In this document: piece by piece, positions 9,225 through 18,381 of the stretch
How the letters are laid out: each line of letters opens with the position of its first letter
Numbering within the stretch: position 1 is the first letter of the stretch
Source: Desulfotalea psychrophila LSv54
Lineage (GTDB): Bacteria; Desulfobacterota; Desulfobulbia; Desulfobulbales; Desulfocapsaceae
Length of the DNA: 32,000 nt
NCBI RefSeq assembly: GCF_000025945.1
Contig: NC_006138.1
Span: forward strand, 3,270,001-3,302,000
Direction of reading: 5' to 3'
The notes under the pieces: model-generated
Databases searched by the model: none
What the model saw: only the letters and a program-made list of their open reading frames with translations
What the model was told of the DNA's origin: nothing
Translations under genes and position numbers: made by a program

Positions 9225-12200
9225 TTAAACAAAGGGGGGGATCAGGGTTTCTAACTGCATTCCCCGGGAGCCCTTTATAAAAACAATATCTTTTTCGCCA
9301 AGCCCACCATCGGCCTGATATGCCTGAAGCCAATCAATAATTGCCTCCTTTGAGGGAAAAACCAGTACCTGCTCTTTCCCCATTCCTGAATTCAGGGCTG
9401 CCTGTTGCAAAAAAGAGGCAAATTCCCCCACTATCAGGAGATAGTCAAGAGACAATTCCCCCGCCAGGCTACCAATCTGTCGATGAGCCTCCTCGGCAAA
9501 TTCACCCAACTCAAGCATATCACCGACAATAGCTATCTTTTTTTCTCCTGCAACTGTGGCAAGAGTTCGCAAACCGGCTGACATTGAAGCAGGATTAGCA
9601 TTATAACAGTCTGAAATAATTGTCCAATTACATGATGTCCTTATCCTTTCCAGTCGTTTAGAAGGCGTTTTGTAGCTCCCAAGTCCCAGGGCAATTTGCT
9701 GCGGGGAAGCACCGGCGGCAAGGGCGATGCCTGCCGCTGCCAGGGCATTACTGACATTATGCTCACCCAGGGTGTCTAACTGAACAGATGTCGACTCTGC
9801 TCCCAGATGCAAATTAAAATCTATGGAGCCAGCCTCGCCAGAGGAGAGGTCTGAAGCCCAGATATCCGCCGAACCTGCCGCCGAAAGAGAGTAGCAGATT
9901 TTTTTCTGTTCATAACCCTTGGCCATCTCCACCACATGGGGATCATCAAGGTTCACCACCAAGATGCTGTCTACAGGAGCATGAGCAAAGAGTTCCTCCT
10001 TAGCCCTGGCCACACCTTCAATAGAGCCAAGGCCACTGAGATGAGCAGCATGAACATTGGCCACACAGCAGATGTCAGGTTGGGCAATTTCGGCAAGACG
10101 GGCAATTTCACCGGGACTGTTCATCCCCATTTCCAGCACGGCCGCCCTGTGCATATTATCCAGAGGCAAGAGGGAAAGAGGAAGACCAATGAGATTATTA
10201 AAATTACCCTCTGTCTTCAAGACCACATTTTCCGGATATTCAGCTCCGGCGGGCCAAAGGCTAGCAAGAATACTAGCCGTCATCTCCTTTATGGTAGTCT
10301 TACCTGAACTTCCCGTAATACCCACCACCACGGGTTTTGTCGTCCCAGCAAAGGCACACCTACGGGCAGCAGCCATATCTCCCAGAGCTCTGCGAGTATC
10401 AGCTACAAGGACCTGAGGGCAGGTCAAATCGGGACGGGCCTTTTCCACCACAAGACAGGCTGCACCTGCGGCAACCACCTGATCGAGGTAAGCGTGACCA
10501 TCGTGGTTTTCCCCACGCAGGGCAACAAAGATACTGCCACGGCCAACAGATCTACTATCCGTTGTCACCTCACCCAAGAGAAGAGGCGTAAGCATTCCAC
10601 CTATGAGAGAACCGCCTGTGGCAGCCACAAGCTTATCAGGGGTCCAGGAGGCCAGGGCTCGACCTGCCTGAAGACGATCATCAAAGAACTTCTTACCTGT
10701 CGCCCCAAGCTGATAGGGTTCGTGCCCCTTACCGGCAATGGCAATAATATCTTTGGAGCAGGCCATATGGACAGCCAGATCAATGGCCCGCCTGCGGTCG
10801 CCAACAACCACGCAACCACGTTCATTTGCCTTTCGCTCAAAAAGCCAATCAGGGTTCCTGAGAGGCATTGCCTGCTCGGCAACACCCACCACAATCTCTG
10901 CCAAAATTGGTTCAGACGCCTCGGTGCGAGGATTATCGTCCGCCACAATAACAACATCGGCAAGCCTTGCCGCCACCGCACCCATCAGGGGCCTTTTGCC
11001 CTTATCACGGTCACCCCCACAGCCAAAAACGGCTATAAGATCTCCATGGGGCACATCTCCAAGGGTGGAGAGCAGTTTATCCAAGGCGTCAGGAGTATGG
11101 GCATAATCAACGAAGACAACTGGCTGAGCATTAGCGGGAGTTTCAGTAGCAAAGACACGTTCAACCCGCCCCGGTGCCCCCTGCAGGCGGCCAATATTCT
11201 CAGCAATATCTTGTCCAGATATGGCCAATGCCCGACAGGCAGCAATAACCGCCAAAAGATTATCAATATTAAATCGACCCACCAGACCACTTTGAAATTC
11301 AAGCATTTGCTGACAGTCTGCTAAACGAACAGCACAGTCTGTCTCGGTAAGCCCCACCCGATAGTGATGCAACTGCACATCAGAGCCCACTTCTTCCCCC
11401 CAAGAGAGAAATCTGTTTCGCCCTGCCAGTTGTCGGTGCAGCCTCTGTAAAAATTCGGTCTGCAGTTGCCTGCTATCACTGGGGATAACGGCAATGCCAT
11501 CCTCCTTGAGATAGCGGGAAAAGAGTCCCAGTTTTGCCGAAAAATAGTCCTCCATCTGCAAATGATAATCAAGGTGATCACGGGAGAGGTTAGTAAAGAT
11601 GGCAAGATCAAACCTAAGAGCACCGATACGGGCCTGGGAAATCGCATGGGATGAAACTTCCATAATAACAGTATCAACACCTGCATCGGCCATCCGGCGG
11701 AGAAGCTGCTGAACTATTTTTGCATCCGGGGTGGTCAGAGATGTGGCAATAATCTCTTGAGAACCATCGGCACGATAAAAACGATTATTAACGGTACCAA
11801 TAACACCCACCTGATGCCCCAACCGAGTCAGCATATCTTCAAGCAAATAGCTTATGGTGGTCTTACCATTGGTGCCTGTTATACCCACAAGTGAGAGTTT
11901 TTCCGCAGGATTAGCAAAATAATTAGCCAAAATTTTGCCATAGGCCGCCTGACTATCCGCAACCTCTATGACAAGGGCCGGACAATGGGCATAGGCGTTT
12001 TGAGAAACAGAGCCTGCCTCTACAATAACTACCGGACAACCCCGCAAAAGAGCGTCTTCAACATAGGCATGACCGTCTTGAATACCACCACGCCGAGCAA
12101 TAAAAAGAGATCCACTGGCAACCTGACGAGAATCTGCCGTCACATCTGCCACCAGATGGGTTTGAGGGTCCAGCTCAGACCGAGAGGGAAGTTGTAACCA

Positions 12201-12269
12201 CTCAAGGCCCTCTAATAATTTTTCCAAAACACAGTTACCTTCCACTACATCCCCCTGAGTTTTCACCAA
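9225..12269 (-). CDS. Fused MurE-MurF: UDP-MurNAc-tripeptide synthetase plus UDP-MurNAc-tripeptide--D-alanyl-D-alanine ligase
   Basis: One uninterrupted 1014-aa ORF with two Mur ligase modules. The N-terminal module has VTADSRQV, GITGTNGKTTISYLLE and DDNPRTE (the DNPR motif suggests meso-DAP specificity). The C-terminal module begins at VTTDSRSVGRGSIFVALRGENHDGH and has GITGSSGKTTIKEMTASIL and ISDCYNANPASM. Confidence 0.95.
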   Translation of the reverse strand: MVKTQGDVVEGNCVLEKLLEGLEWLQLPSRSELDPQTHLVADVTADSRQVASGSLFIARRGGIQDGHAYVEDALLRGCPVVIVEAGSVSQNAYAHCPALVIEVADSQAAYGKILANYFANPAEKLSLVGITGTNGKTTISYLLEDMLTRLGHQVGVIGTVNNRFYRADGSQEIIATSLTTPDAKIVQQLLRRMADAGVDTVIMEVSSHAISQARIGALRFDLAIFTNLSRDHLDYHLQMEDYFSAKLGLFSRYLKEDGIAVIPSDSRQLQTEFLQRLHRQLAGRNRFLSWGEEVGSDVQLHHYRVGLTETDCAVRLADCQQMLEFQSGLVGRFNIDNLLAVIAACRALAISGQDIAENIGRLQGAPGRVERVFATETPANAQPVVFVDYAHTPDALDKLLSTLGDVPHGDLIAVFGCGGDRDKGKRPLMGAVAARLADVVIVADDNPRTEASEPILAEIVVGVAEQAMPLRNPDWLFERKANERGCVVVGDRRRAIDLAVHMACSKDIIAIAGKGHEPYQLGATGKKFFDDRLQAGRALASWTPDKLVAATGGSLIGGMLTPLLLGEVTTDSRSVGRGSIFVALRGENHDGHAYLDQVVAAGAACLVVEKARPDLTCPQVLVADTRRALGDMAAARRCAFAGTTKPVVVGITGSSGKTTIKEMTASILASLWPAGAEYPENVVLKTEGNFNNLIGLPLSLLPLDNMHRAAVLEMGMNSPGEIARLAEIAQPDICCVANVHAAHLSGLGSIEGVARAKEELFAHAPVDSILVVNLDDPHVVEMAKGYEQKKICYSLSAAGSADIWASDLSSGEAGSIDFNLHLGAESTSVQLDTLGEHNVSNALAAAGIALAAGASPQQIALGLGSYKTPSKRLERIRTSCNWTIISDCYNANPASMSAGLRTLATVAGEKKIAIVGDMLELGEFAEEAHRQIGSLAGELSLDYLLIVGEFASFLQQAALNSGMGKEQVLVFPSKEAIIDWLQAYQADGGLGEKDIVFIKGSRGMQLETLIPPFV

Positions 12270-12302
12270 TTATATGGAACTTTAATCTCAACAAAGCTCC
12301 TA

Positions 12303-14135
12303 CTACAAACGCTTTTTAGCATATCTCTTGCGACGCATACTGTCTGGATTCTGCAAACTTATCCGGCATGTTTTTATAGCTTCCATGCTCGCGCCCTTAG
12401 GCGGATACTGAGAACTCACCCAACCTGTTCCCTCAACAAGAGGCTGACAATCATAGTCCTGCAAAATTTGCAGACTCTTACGCATGCTGAGTCCCATAAG
12501 ATCAGGCATCATAGCCTTTCTCTCCTTCCGGGCAGTTCTCCCTACGAGCCCTTCCTTCACCCCCTCCTGAAAAGGCAGAAATTTCTGCTCGGGTAAGAGT
12601 GGAGCAACGACAGGCAAGCTATCAAAGACCTGCTGCAGGGAGGCAATTCGCCGTAATACCTTATCGACAGCTCCGGCAAGGCTTTTCTTCCGCCCCTTGG
12701 TAACCGCGGAATTCCTTTCCACAACCAGTAACATGGCAAAATTACGTTTCAGGCTTGGTTGAAGTGCAAAGACAAGCTCCTGCTGCACAAGTCCCCTGCC
12801 CTCCTCAAAGAAGACAGGCTGAGCTTCACTTAAAAGTAAGGATGAGACGCGCCTACCACCACCCCTACTAAAGACAAATTTCTTTACCTCTTTAGAACCA
12901 AGACGAAAGGTCAAACGGGCATCCAAGGGAAAATCAATACTATGGGAGAAAAAAACACTCTCCTGACTCTGCTGGTCAACAATCTTCTCAACCACATGGG
13001 GGCGAATACTCTCCCGACCACTTGCAAGACTTGACAGTCCCATAAGGAGATGAATAGGAGAAATATTCCTTGGAGGCGTGGCAAAATTTTTGTAGGTTTC
13101 AGCCCGAGTAAAATAATCCCTCTGCCCGTTCATCACCTTATTCGAAGCCGCAAAATCAGGTTTCCATCCATCGCCAAAACCCAACCAACGCCAGACCAAG
13201 TTCTCCTTTACAATATTTTCTTGAGTCTTTATAACAGACCAGGGCAGGAAATATTTCTCGTGAGCGGACCCATAAAGGAGAGAGGCGTCAGCAAAGAGAT
13301 TCTGAAAACTCTGAGGGACAGGTATAGGCTGAAGGAAAAAATTGGCACGTTGGTCCTGGGGGCACTTCCTGAATTCATTGGGATTACAGGTCGGCCACTG
13401 AGCACCGGCAAGCACCCCTCCCGTTTTAGCGTCAACCACATAGGCGGCAACGCGTTCTATATTCCCCTCCGCAGCAATACCTTGGAGCATTTTTTCGAGA
13501 AGACGCTGACTCTTTACATCTACGGTAAGAACAAGATCCTGTACACCCGATAGAGAAATTGCTAAATAATCTTTTTCCAGATCCCCACGCAGCAATTTAT
13601 CAAAATAACACTCTACACCTGAAACGCTAACATCATCCTCCACAACACCAATCAAATGAGTGGCAAGACTGGTCTCCGGATAGTATCTCACCGTCTTCCT
13701 GTCAAAATATACACCCTGAAGATCGGCTGCCTCTATCTCCGCCACCTGCCCTTTGCTCAACCCTTCTGCCAGCCAGACACGCAGGGCCTCCGAATCCAAT
13801 CTGGCCCGTAAGGTCTCCTGGTCGATGCATAAAATTTTCGCAAGTATCCTGGATACCGTGTCGGGATTTTCCAATTCTCTGGTTCGGCAAAAAAGGGCCA
13901 CCCTCTGCGCATTCACAGCCAAAGGAGTATTGTACCTATCGTAAACATTGCCACGCGTCAGAAAGGCCTTGCCCTCAGCACCGTCTAACTGATTTTTAGC
14001 TGCAAGTATCCTGTCAACAAGGTGATAGCGAACATCACATTCTCTCCCTGCCACGGCCAATATGGAAAGCATGATAAAAAACAACCACTTCTTCCATCCC
14101 CTTTTCTTTCTCACACGAAGACGAGATTTTCTCAC
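12303..14135 (-). CDS. FtsI/PBP3-like protein with C-terminal PASTA-like domain; transpeptidase motifs apparently degenerate
   Basis: Position between the ftsL-like gene and murE. PBP dimerisation-domain features (AFLTRGNVYDRYNTPLAVN, VRYYPETSLATHLIGVV, GVECYFDKLLRG, QDLVLTVDVKSQRLLEKML), YVVDAKTGGVLAGAQWPTCNPNEFR, and C-terminal PDLMGLSMRKSLQILQDYDCQPLVEGTGWVSSQYPPKGA resembling PASTA. SxxK position reads SFQN; no SxN or KTG found. Confidence 0.88.
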   Translation of the reverse strand: MRKSRLRVRKKRGWKKWLFFIMLSILAVAGRECDVRYHLVDRILAAKNQLDGAEGKAFLTRGNVYDRYNTPLAVNAQRVALFCRTRELENPDTVSRILAKILCIDQETLRARLDSEALRVWLAEGLSKGQVAEIEAADLQGVYFDRKTVRYYPETSLATHLIGVVEDDVSVSGVECYFDKLLRGDLEKDYLAISLSGVQDLVLTVDVKSQRLLEKMLQGIAAEGNIERVAAYVVDAKTGGVLAGAQWPTCNPNEFRKCPQDQRANFFLQPIPVPQSFQNLFADASLLYGSAHEKYFLPWSVIKTQENIVKENLVWRWLGFGDGWKPDFAASNKVMNGQRDYFTRAETYKNFATPPRNISPIHLLMGLSSLASGRESIRPHVVEKIVDQQSQESVFFSHSIDFPLDARLTFRLGSKEVKKFVFSRGGGRRVSSLLLSEAQPVFFEEGRGLVQQELVFALQPSLKRNFAMLLVVERNSAVTKGRKKSLAGAVDKVLRRIASLQQVFDSLPVVAPLLPEQKFLPFQEGVKEGLVGRTARKERKAMMPDLMGLSMRKSLQILQDYDCQPLVEGTGWVSSQYPPKGASMEAIKTCRISLQNPDSMRRKRYAKKRL

Positions 14136-14145
14136 ACCTTAATCA

Positions 14146-14526
14146 CTACCTATAGCTAAAATAATTTTTCGCAGAATTATAAACACGGCGCTGCCCTTTT
14201 TGGGGCAGATACAGTCCATATTCTTCCGCCCGTTTCTGAAGCACAACCGAACTCATAAGCTTTCGTCTTTCACTCTTGAGCTGTAAATTTATGCCAAGAA
14301 GATCGTAGTTAATATTTTCAACCTGGGTTGTAGCACCGATAGCACGAACATTCATAGAAAAGAGCAGAGCAGAACTCAGACATACCAAAAAACTAATCAG
14401 CAGAAAGACCTTAGTCAAAGCCCTGAGTAACGGAGACTCCAATAAACCTGCCTCCTCCCCTGCCTCCGCCCTTCGACGAATCTCCTTGGGCCCAGCAGCT
14501 ACTTGAAATAAATTATACAGTGCCAT
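14146..14526 (-). CDS. FtsL-like small bitopic membrane protein
   Basis: 126 aa with one transmembrane segment (VFLLISFLVCLSSALLFSMNV) followed by a short coiled-coil-like segment; located between rsmH and the ftsI-like gene, the normal ftsL position. Confidence 0.7.
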   Translation of the reverse strand: MALYNLFQVAAGPKEIRRRAEAGEEAGLLESPLLRALTKVFLLISFLVCLSSALLFSMNVRAIGATTQVENINYDLLGINLQLKSERRKLMSSVVLQKRAEEYGLYLPQKGQRRVYNSAKNYFSYR

Positions 14527-14632
14527 ACCGCCCCCTCCCCATTATTTTTTAGCAATACGTTTTTTATCAAACAATTGGCCCAATAACCACAAGAACAGGC
14601 CCTCTGGGGTGGTTTTCACCACAATAAAAGGC

Positions 14633-15520
14633 CTACACTTTTTCCGCTACCCGTAATAGCGCACTTCTGGAACGATAATTCCGATCCAACTCTTCCTCAC
14701 CTGCCTTAACGGGCTTATTGGTTATCACCTTAAAGTTTGGATTTTCCCGAAATTTACGCTTAACAATCCTATCTTCGAGCGAATGAAAGGATATTATGCA
14801 AAATCTGCTCCCTGGCTTTAAAAACTCACCTGCGTCATCAATTATTTTTGATAAATTTTCAAGTTCGGTGTTCACTGCAATACGAAGGGCCTGAAAAACC
14901 TTGGTGGCCACATGTATCTTCTTAGGGTGAAAACGCTTAGGAATAGCCCTGGCAACCACCCTCACCAACTGTTTTGTGGTCTGAATAGGTTCCAACTTTC
15001 TGGCGGCAACGATGGCTGCGGCAATAGGCCTGGCCTGGCGCTCCTCTCCATAGCAGTAAAAAAGATCCGCCAACTGCTCCTCTGTACAGGTAGCAATAAT
15101 GGTCGCAGCGGTCATCTCCCCACGCTCGTCCATGCGCATATCAAGGTCATCATCACGCTGAAAACTAAAGCCCCGCGTCCCCGTATCAAGTTGCAGGGAG
15201 GAGAGACCTATATCAATCAACAAGCCATCAATATGAGAAATTCCAGCCTCGGTAAGCCCCACACCTATCTCTGCAAAATTACGGCGAACAAGAGTCAGCC
15301 TCTCTCCGTAGGGAGCTAGTCTCTCCCTACTGGCCTTAATTGCATTTTCATCCCACTCAAAGGCAACCACTCGACCATCTGGAGCCGTCCTCTCTAAAAT
15401 AGCAGAGGTATGCCCTCCAAGCCCCATCGTCCCATCAACATATATACCGCCTGGCTGCAAACAAAGAAACTCCATGGTTTCCTCAAGCAAAACAGAGATA
15501 TGAATTTTTTCAGCATCCAT
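14633..15520 (-). CDS. rsmH: 16S rRNA (cytosine(1402)-N(4))-methyltransferase
   Basis: HISVLLEETMEFLCLQPGGIYVDGTMGLGGHTSAIL, LIDIGLSSLQLD, GSRFCIISFHSLEDRIVK. The track start at 15631 overlaps mraZ; MDAEKIHISV at 15520 is the more typical start. Confidence 0.95.
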   Translation of the reverse strand: MDAEKIHISVLLEETMEFLCLQPGGIYVDGTMGLGGHTSAILERTAPDGRVVAFEWDENAIKASRERLAPYGERLTLVRRNFAEIGVGLTEAGISHIDGLLIDIGLSSLQLDTGTRGFSFQRDDDLDMRMDERGEMTAATIIATCTEEQLADLFYCYGEERQARPIAAAIVAARKLEPIQTTKQLVRVVARAIPKRFHPKKIHVATKVFQALRIAVNTELENLSKIIDDAGEFLKPGSRFCIISFHSLEDRIVKRKFRENPNFKVITNKPVKAGEEELDRNYRSRSALLRVAEKV

Positions 15521-15530
15521 CCTTGGCCCC

Positions 15531-15983
15531 CTATAAAATACCCATATTGCGAAGACCTTCTGAAAAATCCTCAAAACCATCTCGGACAGCCTGCTGCTCA
15601 CTGGCCCAGGCTGTCGCATCCCATATTTCAATCCAACTTAACATTCCGTTCAATACCACATTTTTTTCCAGGCCGGCATCAAGCCGTAGTGTCTGCGGAA
15701 TAAGTAGCCGTCCCTGTTTATCCAGAGCTGCCTCCACAACTCCACCCACAACATAGCGTACCCAGCCGGAAAGATTTTGTTCTCCACCATGATTGTGCAT
15801 CTTCGTCTCAAGTTCTTCCCACTCGGCAAGGGGATAAATTCGCAGATGAGTTTTAAAAGGAGCTATAATAAGGTCCTGACTTTCAAAACTTTCCAGGACA
15901 TCAGAGAAGCGCCTTGGGAAGTTTAACCGTCCCTTGGTATCCAATGTGTGCTCTGTTCTGCTTCGAAATCGAACCTTGCGCAT
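15531..15983 (-). CDS. mraZ: Transcriptional regulator MraZ
   Basis: 150 aa with two AbrB/SpoVT-like repeats ([15 protein letters not shown] and [16 protein letters not shown]); first gene of the dcw cluster. Confidence 0.94.
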
Positions 15984-16381
15984 CCCCGTACCCCCAACTC
16001 AACAACTACTTTACACCCACCTGGTAGCCACCCTGTTAGAGTCAACAATACCACAACATGTTCGTTAAGACAAACTCAGGGTAAAAAAGGATTGACAGAA
16101 CTCAAAATAGGCCAAAATGTCAAGATTAAAGGCCGGCAAAAAAAAGCAGCTCTCTTAATAAAAGAGAATACCCCTTTAACTGCCCAGAGCAGAAGCAGAC
16201 CTAAATATGGCGACACTGTTGTTCTGTTTGAGGATAGGCAGTGACAGGAAAAGCAGATTGTTGCAAGGGCTGGGATAAGGCTTTACTCACCGACCTTACA
16301 AAGGTGCAGAGCGAGAAACGAACATAGTCAACTGTTTTTTCTTCAATTTAATTTCCTTATCAGCCATTTTTTGTCTGCCAA

Positions 16382-16786
16382 TCAATAATTGGGGAAGAAG
16401 GTCATATTACTATTTTCACTCCAACCGGAGCTTCTGGATGGACGTGATGGTCGACTCATCCGACTGGATTCAGCAGGCCGACTTTGCCTGGATGATCTAC
16501 TAGGTTTCGATTTTCTACCAGGCCGAGAAACACCATCAGAGCTATGGCTGGTAAAGAATGCGTACCTACCATTTTTATAATCTATAATGCTACCATTATG
16601 TAACCAACCTAAATATTGACCTAAATAAGAAATAATACATTGGTGATTATATAAATACGCTATAGGCGTTCCATCATAGTGATAAAAATATTTTCCGTCA
16701 CTATGCAGATAAAACAAAGCATGGCCTGAACTATCATAAAAAGGTGTGATTTCATTCTCTGGAAATGGATTTAATTCGTTACTCAT
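16382..16786 (-). CDS. Small four-repeat beta-rich protein (4-fold beta-flower-like) with S/R/P-rich C-terminal tail
   Basis: MSNELNPFPENEITPFYDSSGHALFYL... The start at 16786 is preceded by AAAGAGGAGTGTT (RBS-like), better supported than 16822. Four aromatic/glycine repeats of about 17 residues are followed by SRPGRKSKPSRSSRQSRPAESSRMSRPSRPSRSSG. Confidence 0.7.
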   Translation of the reverse strand: MSNELNPFPENEITPFYDSSGHALFYLHSDGKYFYHYDGTPIAYLYNHQCIISYLGQYLGWLHNGSIIDYKNGRYAFFTSHSSDGVSRPGRKSKPSRSSRQSRPAESSRMSRPSRPSRSSGWSENSNMTFFPNY

Positions 16787-17385
16787 AACACTCCTCTTTA
16801 GATGCAAATGCACCAAACGCACAACAAGGCATTATACAGATCTGTATAACACACAATTTTACGTGATAGACAGACCGAAACAACTCCGACGTCATCTATG
16901 TCAACACTGTAAATATTAGGAATAATAGTTTAATAATTTATTACCCAAAAACCAGATATCTTCCACATACGCCTGCAAGCCCTACCTATCAATATACGGC
17001 CTTTATTGGACAGAATCGCCTACCCTATAAAGACACCGCGACTATCTCAATTTCTGCCATGGATATGACTCATCAACATGACAAAAGCTCACTCCCGGAG
17101 CAAGCACTGTCCAGCAACAAACAGGGCAACTACCTGAAACCTAAAAGAGAATACCACCCTGACAAATCAAGAACAAGAGGAGAATGATATAATACGCAGA
17201 CTTATCTCCACTCAAGAGCTAGAAGATAAAGAGGCCTAGAAAGGGCCTTCAGCGTTAAACACTGAGCCTGAACGGAGATAGATTAAGACAAGAACCTAGA
17301 GGGGGGAGAAAGAGGCCAGAAAACACCAAGCCAAACATCTTTTGGATGGGCACCACCAAGATGCCTACAGAGAGTATTGCAGAGT

Positions 17386-18225
17386 TTACTGATCATCTCC
17401 GGAGAGGAGAACCTTATAATCACAGGAACTGGTAAAGGTATGCTCTGCCTCCGGAAAGGCACCGGCACGAACCTCGCCGATATAGTTTTCTACTCCCTGC
17501 CGGACCAGAGGAGCTAGCTGGGCATAATGTTTGACAAACTTGGGAGTAAATTTTTCAAAGAGTCCCAGCATATCGTTAATAACCAGAACCTGGCCATCAC
17601 AGCCCTTGCCCGCCCCAATGCCTACGGTGGGCACCGCTATGGATGCTGTAACAACTTCGGCAAGACCTGCAGGAATGCACTCCAGAACCAGCCCACAGAC
17701 CCCGGCCTCTTCCAATCTTTTGGCATCGGCAAAGAGTTTTCTGGCAGCCTCCATATCACGACCCTGCACCTTGTAACCACCGAGCACTGCCGCAGTCTGA
17801 GGAGTAAGCCCTAAATGGCCCATAACAGGAATCCCCGCATCAACAATGGCCTTAACCACAGGACAGACGACCTCACCACCTTCAAGCTTTACCACATCAC
17901 AACCACCCTCTTTCAGCAAACGCATGGCATTAAGGACAGCATCACGCGCCCCTGTTTGATAGGAGCCAAAGGGCATATCGCCCACCACAAAGGCATCTGG
18001 GGCCCCGCGACGCACCGCTGCCATATGATGAACCATATCAGCCATGGTGACAGGAACCGTCGAATCATAGCCGAGCACGGTCATTCCAAGAGAATCACCA
18101 ACCAAGAGGATGTCGATTCCAGCCTGATCAAGCAGGGCAGACATGGAGGCATCATAGGCGGTAAGCATGCTTATCTTCTGCCCGGCGGCCTTCATTGCAA
18201 TAATATCCACAACGGTCTTACGCAT
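17386..18225 (-). CDS. panB: 3-methyl-2-oxobutanoate hydroxymethyltransferase
   Basis: MLTAYDASMSALLDQAGIDILLVGDSLGMTVLGYDSTVPVTMADMVHH, KLEGG, MGHLGLTPQ, IGAGKGCDGQVLVINDMLG. Start MRKTVVD at 18225 or MRIPVM at 18240. Confidence 0.96.
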   Translation of the reverse strand: MRKTVVDIIAMKAAGQKISMLTAYDASMSALLDQAGIDILLVGDSLGMTVLGYDSTVPVTMADMVHHMAAVRRGAPDAFVVGDMPFGSYQTGARDAVLNAMRLLKEGGCDVVKLEGGEVVCPVVKAIVDAGIPVMGHLGLTPQTAAVLGGYKVQGRDMEAARKLFADAKRLEEAGVCGLVLECIPAGLAEVVTASIAVPTVGIGAGKGCDGQVLVINDMLGLFEKFTPKFVKHYAQLAPLVRQGVENYIGEVRAGAFPEAEHTFTSSCDYKVLLSGDDQ

Positions 18226-18381
18226 AACAGGAATCCTCAAAAATTTCTAGGGATTGGTATAAGGTAGATCAACAGGGGACAATGCCCCGAGGTGAAGACC
18301 AGAGGCAAAAGAGGATGGGGACGAACCCCATCCTGACATAGAAGGCAAAGCGGTATCGCTTCGCCCAAATGCCTCTCTCCA

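Noticed and set aside
10494-11324. 276-aa plus-strand ORF
   Set aside because: Antisense to the well-supported murE-murF coding sequence; composition reads as mirror coding noise with no recognisable motif.
13050-13553. 167-aa plus-strand ORF
   Set aside because: Antisense inside the FtsI-like ORF. I considered whether it explained the degenerate region, but it has no recognisable domain and the sense frame aligns with FtsI on both sides.
15984-16045. Possible MraZ operator repeats (GGTGG / GGTGGG / TTGGGG on the minus strand upstream of mraZ)
   Set aside because: Spacing is about 11 nt and then irregular, which does not match the regular TGGGN repeats with 5-nt spacers; not strong enough to call.
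15948-16244. 98-aa plus-strand ORF upstream of mraZ
   Set aside because: Overlaps the mraZ start antisense, is repetitive in charged residues and resembles no known family.
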